Shown here: in pieces, positions 17,322 through 27,600 of the stretch
Numbering within the stretch: position 1 is the stretch's first letter
Layout of the letters: each line of letters starts with the position of its first letter
The notes under the pieces: model-generated
What the model was told of the DNA's origin: nothing
Seen by the model: the letters and a program-made list of their open reading frames with translations, nothing else
The model's database searches: none
NCBI GenBank assembly: GCA_964419275.1
Contig: CAYQOY010000001.1
Location: 15,218 to 79,217 of the forward strand
Length of the DNA: 64,000 nt
Source of the DNA: Candidatus Woesearchaeota archaeon
GTDB lineage: Archaea > Nanobdellota > Nanobdellia > Pacearchaeales > GW2011-AR1
Direction: 5' to 3'
Position numbers and translations under genes: made by a program

Positions 17322-18905
17322 ATGGATGAAAAAGAAATTTTGAAATTTTGTTTGAAAAAAGGGATTCTTTTAGACAAAGAAGTTCTTAGTTTACTTAGTG
17401 AAGCCCTTGAGTCTGAAGCAGAAATGAAAGTTATTGAAAAAATAAGAGAAAATAGCCAAAAAAAGTTTATTACGAAAAATGTTTTCTGCGAGAATATAAA
17501 GCAAGTAAATCAGGTTTTTTCTTCTCTTTCTGAAGATAAAAAGAAAAAACTTGAAACGCTTAAGATTAAATTAGGGTTAGAACTGGAAATTTCTAAAGAA
17601 TCCGTCTCTTTGCAAAAAGCAACCCCGGAAAGTAGAGAATTTGCAGAAAAAAAAGATTTCGATGAAGATGAAAAAGTTAAAATCAAATCTTTGATCTCTT
17701 GTGTAAACAAAAAACCAGAAGTTGACGATTTTGTGAAATTCTTTAAAAGCAGGCTTACAAAAATGAGAACCGTTCTTCAAACTCATGCGAATTTAAAAGA
17801 TTTGGTTTCAATCAATAAACTTTCTGGAAATAGACACAAGGTATGTATTATCGGAATTGTTAGCTCTAAAAAAACAACCCAAAATAAGAACATTCTTTTA
17901 GAAGTTGAAGATTTGACAGGGAAAACAAGAGTATTAATTAATCAGAATCGTCCGGGACTTTACGAGAAAGGGGAAGAGATAGCTTTAGATTCGGTTATAG
18001 GGGTCGTTGGCGCAGGAAATGGAGAGATTATTTTTGCGGAAGATGTTATTTATCCAGATGCGATGATCACTGAAAGAAAAAGAGCGCCAACAGAAGAGAT
18101 TGCTGCATTTATTGGAGATGTTCATTACGGAAGTAAGCTTTTTATGAAAGAAAACTTTGTGAAATTTATAGAATACCTTAATGATGTTTCTTCTCCTAGC
18201 TCAGAAGCATCTAAAATAAAGTATCTTTTTGTTGTCGGAGACTTGGTCGCAGGAGTAGGAATTTATCCAGAGCAAGAGCCAGACTTAGAAGTCAAAGACT
18301 TAGAAAAACAATTTCAAGGCATCGCGGAACTTCTTGGAAATATTAGAAAAGACATAACAATTATTCTTTCTCCGGGAAATCACGACGGAGTTAGATTGAT
18401 GGAACCTCAGCCTCTTTTTGATAAAAGATACGCGGAACCTTTGTATAACTTAAAAAATGTGATCATCACGACAAATCCTGCTTACGCCACTATCGCTTGT
18501 TCAAAAAAGTTTTCTGGTTTCGAGGTTTTAACTTATCATGGATATTCTTATCCTTTTTATGTCGACAAAATTCCTTCTTTAATTAAAGTAGATGCAATAA
18601 ATGCCCCGGATAAAATAATGGCTTATCTTTTGAAAAATCGTCATCTTGCTCCAACCCACGCTTCTGTTCAATATTACCCTCTGGAAGAAGACCCTCTAGT
18701 TATAGAAAAAGTTCCAGATATTTTTGTTTCAGGGCACATTCACAAATCTGCTGTTTCATATTATAATAATATTCTAATGATTTCTTGTTCTGCTTGGGAA
18801 TCGATAACCGCTTTTCAGGAGAAAATGGGAAATAAACCAGATTTTTGTAAAGTCCCTATTGTAAATTTAAAAAATCGAACAGTTAAAATTTTGGATTTTG
18901 AATAA
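17322..18905 (+). CDS. polB: DNA polymerase D small subunit (DP1)
   Basis: OB fold (EDLTG); phosphoesterase motifs DVH, GDLV, PGNHD, RHLAP, GHIH. Confidence 0.95.
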   Translation: MDEKEILKFCLKKGILLDKEVLSLLSEALESEAEMKVIEKIRENSQKKFITKNVFCENIKQVNQVFSSLSEDKKKKLETLKIKLGLELEISKESVSLQKATPESREFAEKKDFDEDEKVKIKSLISCVNKKPEVDDFVKFFKSRLTKMRTVLQTHANLKDLVSINKLSGNRHKVCIIGIVSSKKTTQNKNILLEVEDLTGKTRVLINQNRPGLYEKGEEIALDSVIGVVGAGNGEIIFAEDVIYPDAMITERKRAPTEEIAAFIGDVHYGSKLFMKENFVKFIEYLNDVSSPSSEASKIKYLFVVGDLVAGVGIYPEQEPDLEVKDLEKQFQGIAELLGNIRKDITIILSPGNHDGVRLMEPQPLFDKRYAEPLYNLKNVIITTNPAYATIACSKKFSGFEVLTYHGYSYPFYVDKIPSLIKVDAINAPDKIMAYLLKNRHLAPTHASVQYYPLEEDPLVIEKVPDIFVSGHIHKSAVSYYNNILMISCSAWESITAFQEKMGNKPDFCKVPIVNLKNRTVKILDFE

Positions 18906-21900
18906 AATGGAAACAGAAACATATTTTCATGATTTTGAAAAAGAAGTAAGGGTTGCGTACGCGATCGCAGACGTCGCAAGAAAAAAAGGATTGGACCCTG
19001 TTGATAAAATTGAAATACCTTTGGCAAAAAGTCTTGCGGAAAAAACAACGGGGTTGATAGCAACAATATATCCTCAGCTTACTGATTCCGGAGTTGTTCA
19101 ACGAATTCTAGATTTAGAAGAGCTTTATGGAAAATTGGATTCTGCTGTAGCATTTAAACTTGCAGAAGAAGTAGCCAAACAAAAATTTTGTACTTTCTCG
19201 AATCAGTTAGAAGCGATCGAAGCAGGGATTAGAATGGGGTTTGCTTACATCACCCTAGGAGTTGTTTCTTCTCCTATTGAAGGATTCACAGGAATCAAGA
19301 TAAGAAAAACTCGCAACGGAAAAGATTATTTTGAAGTATTTTTCTCTGGCCCAATCAGAAGTGCAGGAACAACCGCTTCTTGCATGGTTTTAATGTTAAT
19401 TGATTACTTAAGAGAGCTCTTCGGATATGCTAAATATGACCCTAGTGAAGATGAAATTAAAAGATATGTTACAGAAAATCACGATTATCATGAGAGGGTA
19501 ACAAATCTTCAGTATATGCCTACAGATGAAGAAATTGTTTTTTTGGCAAAAAACATTCCGATCCAGATTTCCGGGGAGCCAACAGAAAAGATTGAAGTTT
19601 CAAATTATAAAAATCTTGAAAGAATTGAAACAGATTTTGTCAGGGGAGGAATGTGCTTGATTTTTTCAGAGGGACTCGCTCAAAAAGCGGCAAAAGGATT
19701 TAGACTTTTAAAGGGAGTAAAGAAAAAAGATTTTCAAACAACTGGTTTTGATTTTTTAGAACAATATATCGAGCTTCATGATAAAAGAAATTATGGTAAG
19801 AACGTTTCAACAGACACCAGACCAACTTATATTAAAGATATCGTTGCGGGAAGGCCTATTTTTGGGCACCCTTCTCAAAGTGGAAGTTTTAGATTTAGAT
19901 ACGGAAGAAGTAGAGTATCTGGTTTTTCCGCTTCTTCGGTTCATCCAGCTACAATGGGAATCAGTGATAATTTTATTGCTATTGGGACTCAACTTAAAAT
20001 TGAAAAACCAACAAAAGGAACAGTCACCACTGTTTGCGATTTATTAGAAGGACCTATTGTAAAACTTTCCAACGGAAGTGTTAGAAAACCAAAAACTCTT
20101 GAGGAATCTAAAAAAATTTATCCAGATGTAACAGAAATAATTTATCTTGGAGATCTATTAATGCCTTTTAGCGACGTTGCAAATAGAAACGCAGTATTGC
20201 TTAAACCAGGATACGTTGAAGAATGGTGGGAATTAGAATTAAAAGAAAAATTCAAAGAAAAAAACCCGGAGTTAGATTTTAACACCTTGAATATAAATCC
20301 TTTTGAGATTAGTTTAGACCAAGCAATTGAAATCAGCAGAGAATATGGAATTCCTCTTCACCCAAAATTTATTTTATTCTGGACTCAGATTTCATTAGAA
20401 CAATTTTTAGGTTTGCTAGATTGGTTAAGTTATGCAAGACTTGCTGGAAAAATAATTCTTCCTTACAACAAATCTGAAAAAGAAAAATTTGAGTTAGGAA
20501 AGCGGGCATTAGAAGTATTGGGGATTGAACATGAAGTTACCTTAGAAAATGTGGTTTTAGATAAAGATGAAAGTAACATTTTGTTTTTGAACTTAGGTTT
20601 AGACTTGGAAATTTTAAATCAAGAGGGGCATTTATTGCAAGAATTTTTAGATAAATCTAAATTTGAAACAACTAAGATTAATCCAGAAGATAACTCTGAG
20701 GTTAAGAAGACTGTTTTAGAAATTATCAATTCTGTTAGCTTTTTTGTAATTAAAGATAAAGCAGGAGATTTTATTGGAGCAAGAATGGGGAGGCCTGAGA
20801 AATCTAAGCTTAGAAAACTTACAGGAAGCCCAAACACCTTGTTCCCAGTTGGAAAAGAAGGAGGGAGGCTTAGAAATGTTTATGATACTCTTAAAGCAGG
20901 GGAAATTAAGGGAGAATTTCCAATTTATTATTGTGGGAATTGTAATAAGGAAACAATTTATCCTTCTTGTGAAGATTGCGGAACAAAATGCAAAAAAATG
21001 TATTATTGTAAAGAGTGTGATTCTAAAAAAACAGAAGTTTGCCCAGAGCATAAAAATTGTCGTCCTTATGCTTATCAGTCATTAGACATACAGCATTATT
21101 TTCAAAAAGCAAAAGAAAAAATTTCCATAAAAGATGAAGAAATGCCTACATTAATTAAAGGGGTCAGAGGACTTTCGTCTGGGGGAAAACAAACAGAAAA
21201 TCTTGCAAAAGGAATCTTAAGAGCAAAATATGGTTTGCAGGTGAATAAAGATGGAACAATCAGACTAGATGCAACAGAATTGCCTTTAACTGCATTTAAA
21301 CCAAAAGAGATTTTTGTAAGTGTTGAAAAACTGAGAGAGCTGGGATATACAGAAGATATTTATGGAAAGCCCTTGGAAAATGACAACCAAATTTTAGAAT
21401 TAATGCCTCATGACATTCTGCTTCCTTGCTCTCCGGAAGGGACCGATGAAAAAGCAGATGATGTTTTCATTAAAATTGCTCAATTTATGGACGAACTTTT
21501 AGTTAAATTTTATGGATTACAGCCTTTTTACAAAGTTAAGAAAAGAGAAGATTTGGTAGGGAAATTAGGTGTTTGTATGGCCCCCCATAATTGCGCAGGA
21601 GTTGTTTCCAGGATAATTGGATTTTCTCACGCTCAAGGATTATATGCGAGTCCCTATATGCATGCTGCAATTAGAAGAGATTGTGATGGAGATGAAGTTG
21701 CCGTAATGCTTCTATTAGATGTTCTTTTGAACTTCTCAAGAGAATTTTTACCTGGGCATAGAGGTGGAACCCAAGATGCTCCTTTAGTTTTAAATGCTAA
21801 AATTAATGCAGGAGAAGTTGATGATCAAATTTTAGATTTAGAAATGGTTTCAGAATATCCTCTAGCTTTGTATCGTGCGGCAGAGCAGAAGAAACATTCA

Positions 21901-22437
21901 TCAGAAGTTTCTGTTATGAATGTTAAACTTGCACTTAAAGAACATAGAGATCCTTTTGTTAAAATTGGATTTACTCACGATACCTCAAATTTTAATCAGG
22001 GAGTTATGTGTTCTTCATATAAGTTATTTGGAACTATGTCTGAGAAAGTTCAACACCAGATGATGCTTGTTGAAAAACTAAGGGCTGCAGATACTTCAGA
22101 TACAGTTCGGTTAATTATTGAACGCCACTTTATCAGAGACTTGAAAGGTAATCTAAGAAAATTCTCAACACAGGAATTTAGGTGCGTTAAATGCAATGAA
22201 ATTGTAAGAAGGCCTCCTTTAACCGGAAAATGCCCTGCTTGCAAAGTTGGAAAATTAATATTTACAATAAACGAGGGTGGAATCAAGAAATATCTTGAGC
22301 CTGCTCTTGAGCTTGCAGAGAAATATCACCTTTCAGTTTATCTTCGCCAAAATTTAGAGATTACTAAAAGACAGGTGGAAAGTATTTTTGGAAAAGAGCC
22401 AGAAAAACAGGCAGGATTGGAAAGTTGGTGTAAATAA
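18898..22437 (+). CDS. polC: DNA polymerase D large subunit (DP2)
   Basis: GPIRSAG, FRFRYGRSR, GARMGRPEK, PH, RRDCDGDE catalytic motif, Zn fingers. Confidence 0.98.
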   Translation: MNKMETETYFHDFEKEVRVAYAIADVARKKGLDPVDKIEIPLAKSLAEKTTGLIATIYPQLTDSGVVQRILDLEELYGKLDSAVAFKLAEEVAKQKFCTFSNQLEAIEAGIRMGFAYITLGVVSSPIEGFTGIKIRKTRNGKDYFEVFFSGPIRSAGTTASCMVLMLIDYLRELFGYAKYDPSEDEIKRYVTENHDYHERVTNLQYMPTDEEIVFLAKNIPIQISGEPTEKIEVSNYKNLERIETDFVRGGMCLIFSEGLAQKAAKGFRLLKGVKKKDFQTTGFDFLEQYIELHDKRNYGKNVSTDTRPTYIKDIVAGRPIFGHPSQSGSFRFRYGRSRVSGFSASSVHPATMGISDNFIAIGTQLKIEKPTKGTVTTVCDLLEGPIVKLSNGSVRKPKTLEESKKIYPDVTEIIYLGDLLMPFSDVANRNAVLLKPGYVEEWWELELKEKFKEKNPELDFNTLNINPFEISLDQAIEISREYGIPLHPKFILFWTQISLEQFLGLLDWLSYARLAGKIILPYNKSEKEKFELGKRALEVLGIEHEVTLENVVLDKDESNILFLNLGLDLEILNQEGHLLQEFLDKSKFETTKINPEDNSEVKKTVLEIINSVSFFVIKDKAGDFIGARMGRPEKSKLRKLTGSPNTLFPVGKEGGRLRNVYDTLKAGEIKGEFPIYYCGNCNKETIYPSCEDCGTKCKKMYYCKECDSKKTEVCPEHKNCRPYAYQSLDIQHYFQKAKEKISIKDEEMPTLIKGVRGLSSGGKQTENLAKGILRAKYGLQVNKDGTIRLDATELPLTAFKPKEIFVSVEKLRELGYTEDIYGKPLENDNQILELMPHDILLPCSPEGTDEKADDVFIKIAQFMDELLVKFYGLQPFYKVKKREDLVGKLGVCMAPHNCAGVVSRIIGFSHAQGLYASPYMHAAIRRDCDGDEVAVMLLLDVLLNFSREFLPGHRGGTQDAPLVLNAKINAGEVDDQILDLEMVSEYPLALYRAAEQKKHSSEVSVMNVKLALKEHRDPFVKIGFTHDTSNFNQGVMCSSYKLFGTMSEKVQHQMMLVEKLRAADTSDTVRLIIERHFIRDLKGNLRKFSTQEFRCVKCNEIVRRPPLTGKCPACKVGKLIFTINEGGIKKYLEPALELAEKYHLSVYLRQNLEITKRQVESIFGKEPEKQAGLESWCK

Positions 22438-22476
22438 TTTGAGAATATTTTACTTTGTAAAAAAGTTTGATTTAAG

Positions 22477-22785
22477 ATGTTTAAAAAATCTGAAAAACTA
22501 GAAAATAAGATCAAGAGGTTTAAGGAAAAAGTTAGCTCGGGATTTTTAGAAAAAGAAATAGGTGAAAAAACAATGTTAGGTGGAGCAACATCTTTTCTTT
22601 TAGGTGTAATGGGAACATTAGATTATATCGATTCCTTTAAAAATCCCGCTCCTCCAGGATATCCTTTCAATAAAGTTTTAGAACATCTTTCAGATTATCA
22701 GCTAGTTTATCTTGGCGTAGGAGTAGGGGCTATCCTTGTTGGAGATTATTTATACAATAAAGGAGTAAGCAAAAAGAAAAATTAG
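22477..22785 (+). CDS. Hypothetical membrane protein
   Basis: Two hydrophobic segments; no recognised motif. Confidence 0.55.
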   Translation: MFKKSEKLENKIKRFKEKVSSGFLEKEIGEKTMLGGATSFLLGVMGTLDYIDSFKNPAPPGYPFNKVLEHLSDYQLVYLGVGVGAILVGDYLYNKGVSKKKN

Positions 22786-22797
22786 ATTATTTTAAAA

Positions 22798-24036
22798 CTA
22801 CAAAGTCAAATAAAACACAATTGTGGGAATCAATAAACAGCCCATCATATGAGTTCTTCTTACTTGATAAGAAATACAATAAATTCCGGTGAGAGTTGAA
22901 ATTGCAAAAACAACTAGTCCTAAAAAACCAGAGATTATTAAAATTACTAAAGACAAAATGCCGAGGGTTATAATTGAAATCTTAGGGTAATTTACTTGAG
23001 AAATCTTTTTGGAAAAAAATCTGGCAAGCTTTTCAGTAAGAAAAAAAGAAATAATTCCCGAGATAAAAGTTACAACTAAAATAAGAACTAAAAGTTGAAA
23101 TGAAAATTGCCCCATTAAATTGCTTATTGCAGCTGCTGCACCTGTTCGGTTTCTTGAGATTAAATAAAGAGTAACAAATGAAAATCCCATTACAATGGTG
23201 TTTGTTGCTCCTAATAAAACAAGAAATGACTTTTGATCGGTTTTTGAAATAGAGCTTCCAATTACTGCTGCTTGTCCGCTGCCAAGCCCGGGGAGTAAAC
23301 TGGAAATTGGTGAAGCGATTGTAGCTCCAATCAAAGGCAAAATCATTTTTTTATTTGGCTTTAAATGAGTAATCTCTTGTTCTGGAATTTTGGGTTTTGT
23401 TTTAATGCTCATGATTAAAGAAGATGCTCCAAATAGCCCAGAAAGCAAGGGAAGAAGCGGTTCTTTCAATGAATTTAAATTAAGAACAATTAATCCTAAG
23501 ATTCCTGTTAATAAAAAAACAAAAAGTGCTTGGGATTTCCTTTTTTCTGAAAAGATTAGCATGCCCACAACAAAAATAAGAAGCAAAGCCATAAGAGGAA
23601 TTTGCGGAATAAAATTGATTTGAGGAATTTGAATTTTAGTTAAAAGAATTTCTTGAAATTTTGGAAGAATTAGAAAAGCAAGAGGGGTAATTAAAATTAC
23701 AATAAAAATAGCAGCAAGGCTTCCGTAATTTGTTAGCATAACTGCTTGGTAACCTTGTCCTTGGTTTAGCATTTCATGTCCTGGAAGAATTGAGAGTTCT
23801 GTTTCAGTGTCAGGGCAGCCAAGGAAGATTGATGGAATAAAATCAATAAACGTATTAGTTATTGCCATCGCAACAATTAATACAATCAAATAAACTGGTT
23901 GAATCAACCCAGAAACACCTGCTGAAAGTGCAACAAGAAGGGTTCCAACAAGATTTGTGTGAATTCCAGGCATTAAGCCCGTAAAAACACCCGCAACTAT
24001 TCCAAGAAACGCAAATAGAATTATTTCTAAAAGCAT
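22798..24036 (-). CDS. TctA-family (tripartite tricarboxylate transporter-like) membrane protein
   Basis: G..TGLMPGIHTN, FIPSIFLG.P, LPGH, LPGLG motifs; polytopic. Confidence 0.85.
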   Translation of the reverse strand: MLLEIILFAFLGIVAGVFTGLMPGIHTNLVGTLLVALSAGVSGLIQPVYLIVLIVAMAITNTFIDFIPSIFLGCPDTETELSILPGHEMLNQGQGYQAVMLTNYGSLAAIFIVILITPLAFLILPKFQEILLTKIQIPQINFIPQIPLMALLLIFVVGMLIFSEKRKSQALFVFLLTGILGLIVLNLNSLKEPLLPLLSGLFGASSLIMSIKTKPKIPEQEITHLKPNKKMILPLIGATIASPISSLLPGLGSGQAAVIGSSISKTDQKSFLVLLGATNTIVMGFSFVTLYLISRNRTGAAAAISNLMGQFSFQLLVLILVVTFISGIISFFLTEKLARFFSKKISQVNYPKISIITLGILSLVILIISGFLGLVVFAISTLTGIYCISYQVRRTHMMGCLLIPTIVFYLTL

Positions 24037-24081
24037 TAGCTTTTAGAGTTCCCTGTTTGTTTTATAGTTTTCTTTAGTGGA

Positions 24082-24513
24082 TTATATCTTTATTTTTTCC
24101 CAGTAATTCAATTTTGTTTTCAAATTGTATTTTCTTTTCTGAGCTAGATGGTTCATGGAGTCATTCCATTCTCTTACAAGAAAAGTAATTCTTTTCACTC
24201 TATTTTTCTTGGCGTAGTTTTCCATCCATTCAATTAATAAGTTAGCAATCCCCTTTCCTCTGTGTTTTTTTGAAACAGCAACACTTTCCAAGTAAAGAGC
24301 TTTGTCTTTGTTTAAAGAAAACTCATTAAATCCAACAACTTCCTTGTTTATTTCTGCAACAATTAAATGAATTTCCCTGTCTTTCAACATTTTTTCAAAA
24401 AGGTCTTTGTTGTATTCTCCAGGATAATCTTCAATACTTGTTTCTCCTTTTACAATTTTAACTAATTCCGGAATATCTTTTCTTGTTGCCTTTCGGATTT
24501 TGATTTCTTCCAC
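24082..24513 (-). CDS. GNAT acetyltransferase
   Basis: IRKAT..D, V..KHRGKGIA..L acetyl-CoA motif. Confidence 0.9.
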   Translation of the reverse strand: MEEIKIRKATRKDIPELVKIVKGETSIEDYPGEYNKDLFEKMLKDREIHLIVAEINKEVVGFNEFSLNKDKALYLESVAVSKKHRGKGIANLLIEWMENYAKKNRVKRITFLVREWNDSMNHLAQKRKYNLKTKLNYWEKIKI

Positions 24514-24629
24514 TATTAAATTAAGTTTTTAGGGTATTTATTTCTTTTTAGAAATAATAAAAAATTCAAAAATCTCAACAAAATTTAAAAACATCTTTAT
24601 GTTGTTCTAAGAATAAAAGAGTTGAATCG

Positions 24630-27600
24630 ATGAGAAATAAAAATTTCATAAAGGCGTTTGTTTTTCTTTTTGTAGTTGTTGTTTTGCTATTATCTGTTAA
24701 TAGCATTATCACTTTCACCGGAAAAGTTATAACTGAAAGCCAATCCTCCGTACAAAATTCTAATTTCATGCTGGATTCTTTCAGAAGGACAAATCTCGAG
24801 AGCATTAATTCAGTTAATTTGCATGGAGAAATTCCTTCTTCTGTAACTCAAATTAATATGAATACTTTTCAAGAAGGAAATCTTTTTGAAACCGAGTCGC
24901 AAGAGCCTTCTTTGAATTATTCTGGATTTATTGTTGAACTAAAAGAAGAGCCAAGAGTTAAGAAAAGAGTTGAATTAGAAGAATTAGCAAAAAAGAATCA
25001 AGAAATCATAGACACATATCCAGTTTATAGTCCAATTAAGGTGTTAAATTTAATTTCTGGTGTAGATGAAAAAAATTTAGACATTTTCATCGCAAGCGCT
25101 CAACAAAGACAAATCTCTGAGAAAGAAAAAGTTAAGTCTGAGGTTGTTAATCTTGTTCAAGAAAAAATTAATCAAGGAAAAAATCCTTTAACGGGAAATG
25201 CAATATTCGAGGATACACAAATAAACCCGGAGAATATTATTACTGCAGAGTTTCAAGAACTTTTCAATGGTTTTGCAATAAATGTTGATGAAGAAACAGC
25301 AAGAGAAATTGGAGAAATTGAGGGCGTTAAAAGAGTTTGGCCAAATATGATTGTTCAAGCAACTTTAATGGATTCTGTTCCATTGATTCAAGAAGGAATT
25401 CCTTCAGGACAATTAGATTTCGAGGGAAATGATTGTACTATTTCGAGAAAAGAATGCTTAACTGGAAAAGGTGTTAAAATTGCGATACTGGATACGGGTG
25501 TTGATTACACTCATCCAGATTTAGGGGGATGTACTCTGGAGCAAGTTCTAGCTGGAACTTGTGAAAAAGTTATAAGCGGGCAGAATTTTGTTTGGGAAAA
25601 TGGTTTTTTATATCCCAATAAATTTTTAGATGATTATGGTCATGGTACACACTGTGCTGCAACTGCCGCAGGTGAAGGTGTTTTAAAAGGAGTTGCCCCG
25701 GAAGCAAAAATCTTAGCATATAAGGTACTTAATTCTGAAGGTAGTGGGACGTATGGATGGATACTTGGGGGAATTGAAAAATCGATAGAAAATAATGCAG
25801 ATATTTTAAGTTTAAGTTTTGGATCAATTTATGGAAATCCAGATGATCCACTTTCTCAAGCAGTAGATAATGCTGTTTTGGTGGGCAAGGTTGTTGTCGT
25901 TGCTGCAGGAAATGATGGAGAGGATGGGAAAGAGACTATTGGAAGCCCAGGAGTAGCAAGAAGAGTAATAACCGTGGGAGCAGTCACTAAAAATGATTTT
26001 CTTGCATATTTTTCTTCAAAAGGACCCGTAAGATGGAAAAATTCTGAAGGAATCGAGCAAGAATTGGTTAAACCAGATGTTCTTGCACCAGGAGTTTCTA
26101 TTTGCGCAGCGCAAGCTTCTCAAGATAAAATCTGGCAAGAAGTTTACACTTATTATGATGAAAATATTCACTGCATAGATGAAACCCACATATCTATCTC
26201 TGGAACATCTATGGCAACACCTCATGTTGCAGGAACAGCAGCATTATTGAAACAAAAAAATATGAGCTTAAGCCCAGAAGAAATAAAACAGATTCTAAAA
26301 ATGAATTCAATAGACTTGGGGTTAAGTATCTTTGAGCAAGGGATGGGGCGGATTAATGTTTCAAAATCTTTAAGAGAAGAAGTTCCTCTTGTTTCTGTTA
26401 ATGTCTTTCTTTCGGGCGATATCCTTAGATTTCAGGGATCTGTTCAAAGTTTAGAACCACGAAAATATTACTTAGAATACTTTAATAGATACTCCTCTCT
26501 TTGGGAGTCTGTATCTTCTGAGTTAACCTCTGGAGAGTTTGATTTAGAAATGAGCAAGGGACATTTTAATAATGAACGAGGATTATTTAGAATTAAGACT
26601 CTCTTTCCTAATAAAAAAGAATTTTATTACTACTTCTTTAGCCCTTATTTAAACAACTTTGATATTGAACGAGTAGGGCTGATTAGCCCTTATATGACAT
26701 CTCCCCTTGAGCAAGTAACCTTGGATGTTAACACTGATTATATCTATCCTTCTTACGACATTGAAATTAAAAAACCTTTTGAAGAAGACTGGGAGATAAT
26801 TTATTCTTCTTCAGAGCCATTAAAAAAAGGGCAGACAATAACCTTTCAAACAGGCAATTTTTTAGCAGGTAAATATACTTTGAGACTGGTTGCAAAAAGA
26901 GCAGATTCAACTAAGGTGATTAGTCCTTCTTTTTTTGCAGTGTTCATTGAAATGAGTGCCGAGGATAAGATCAAGCCCCTCAATTTTAAGGTTTATCCTC
27001 TCTCACCTTCTTTTTTAAAAGGAGACGATAACTATCTAGTTCTTGCAGAAACCGCAGAAACCTCTGAAATGGATGGTGTTCCTCGTTGGAAGATTCATGT
27101 CTTTAAAGGAGATGAAGAAATCTCTTTGATAGATGAATTAAAAAATAAAAATTTTCATCCTCTTTTAATCTATCCTCTGTCTGATTACGGACATATAGGG
27201 TTTTTACCTTTTTTTAAAGCGGAAGAATTATCTCTTTTCTTGTTAAGTGAAGTAGATGATACTCAAAGATATTCCAGTTATGATAGCTATCTCCGCTTGG
27301 GAGAAGTAAACTTGCAAGGGGAATATCTAGATAGTTGGCCTTATCATCTAGTGGAGGGACTATTAAATCAGTTCTGGTTTAAGCAGTTAATCAAATCCCC
27401 TGAAAAAAATTTCTTTTGGGGTTTTTATGGAAATAACTCTTTTTTCAAGGAATATATGGCTCTCCCTCCGGGAGAGAAGAGCTCAGTTTATTGTTTATAT
27501 ACGAACAAGTACATTCAAAGCTTAGAAAAAGAATTTTTTATTTTTGATAACTCCGGAAATTTAATTAAAAAAATTTCTGATAAAATTTTTAAAGAAGGAG

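Noticed and set aside
16047..22437. Inteins in Cdc6 or PolD (RadA also checked)
   Set aside because: Lengths are ordinary, conserved motifs are contiguous, and no intein termini or LAGLIDADG motifs were seen
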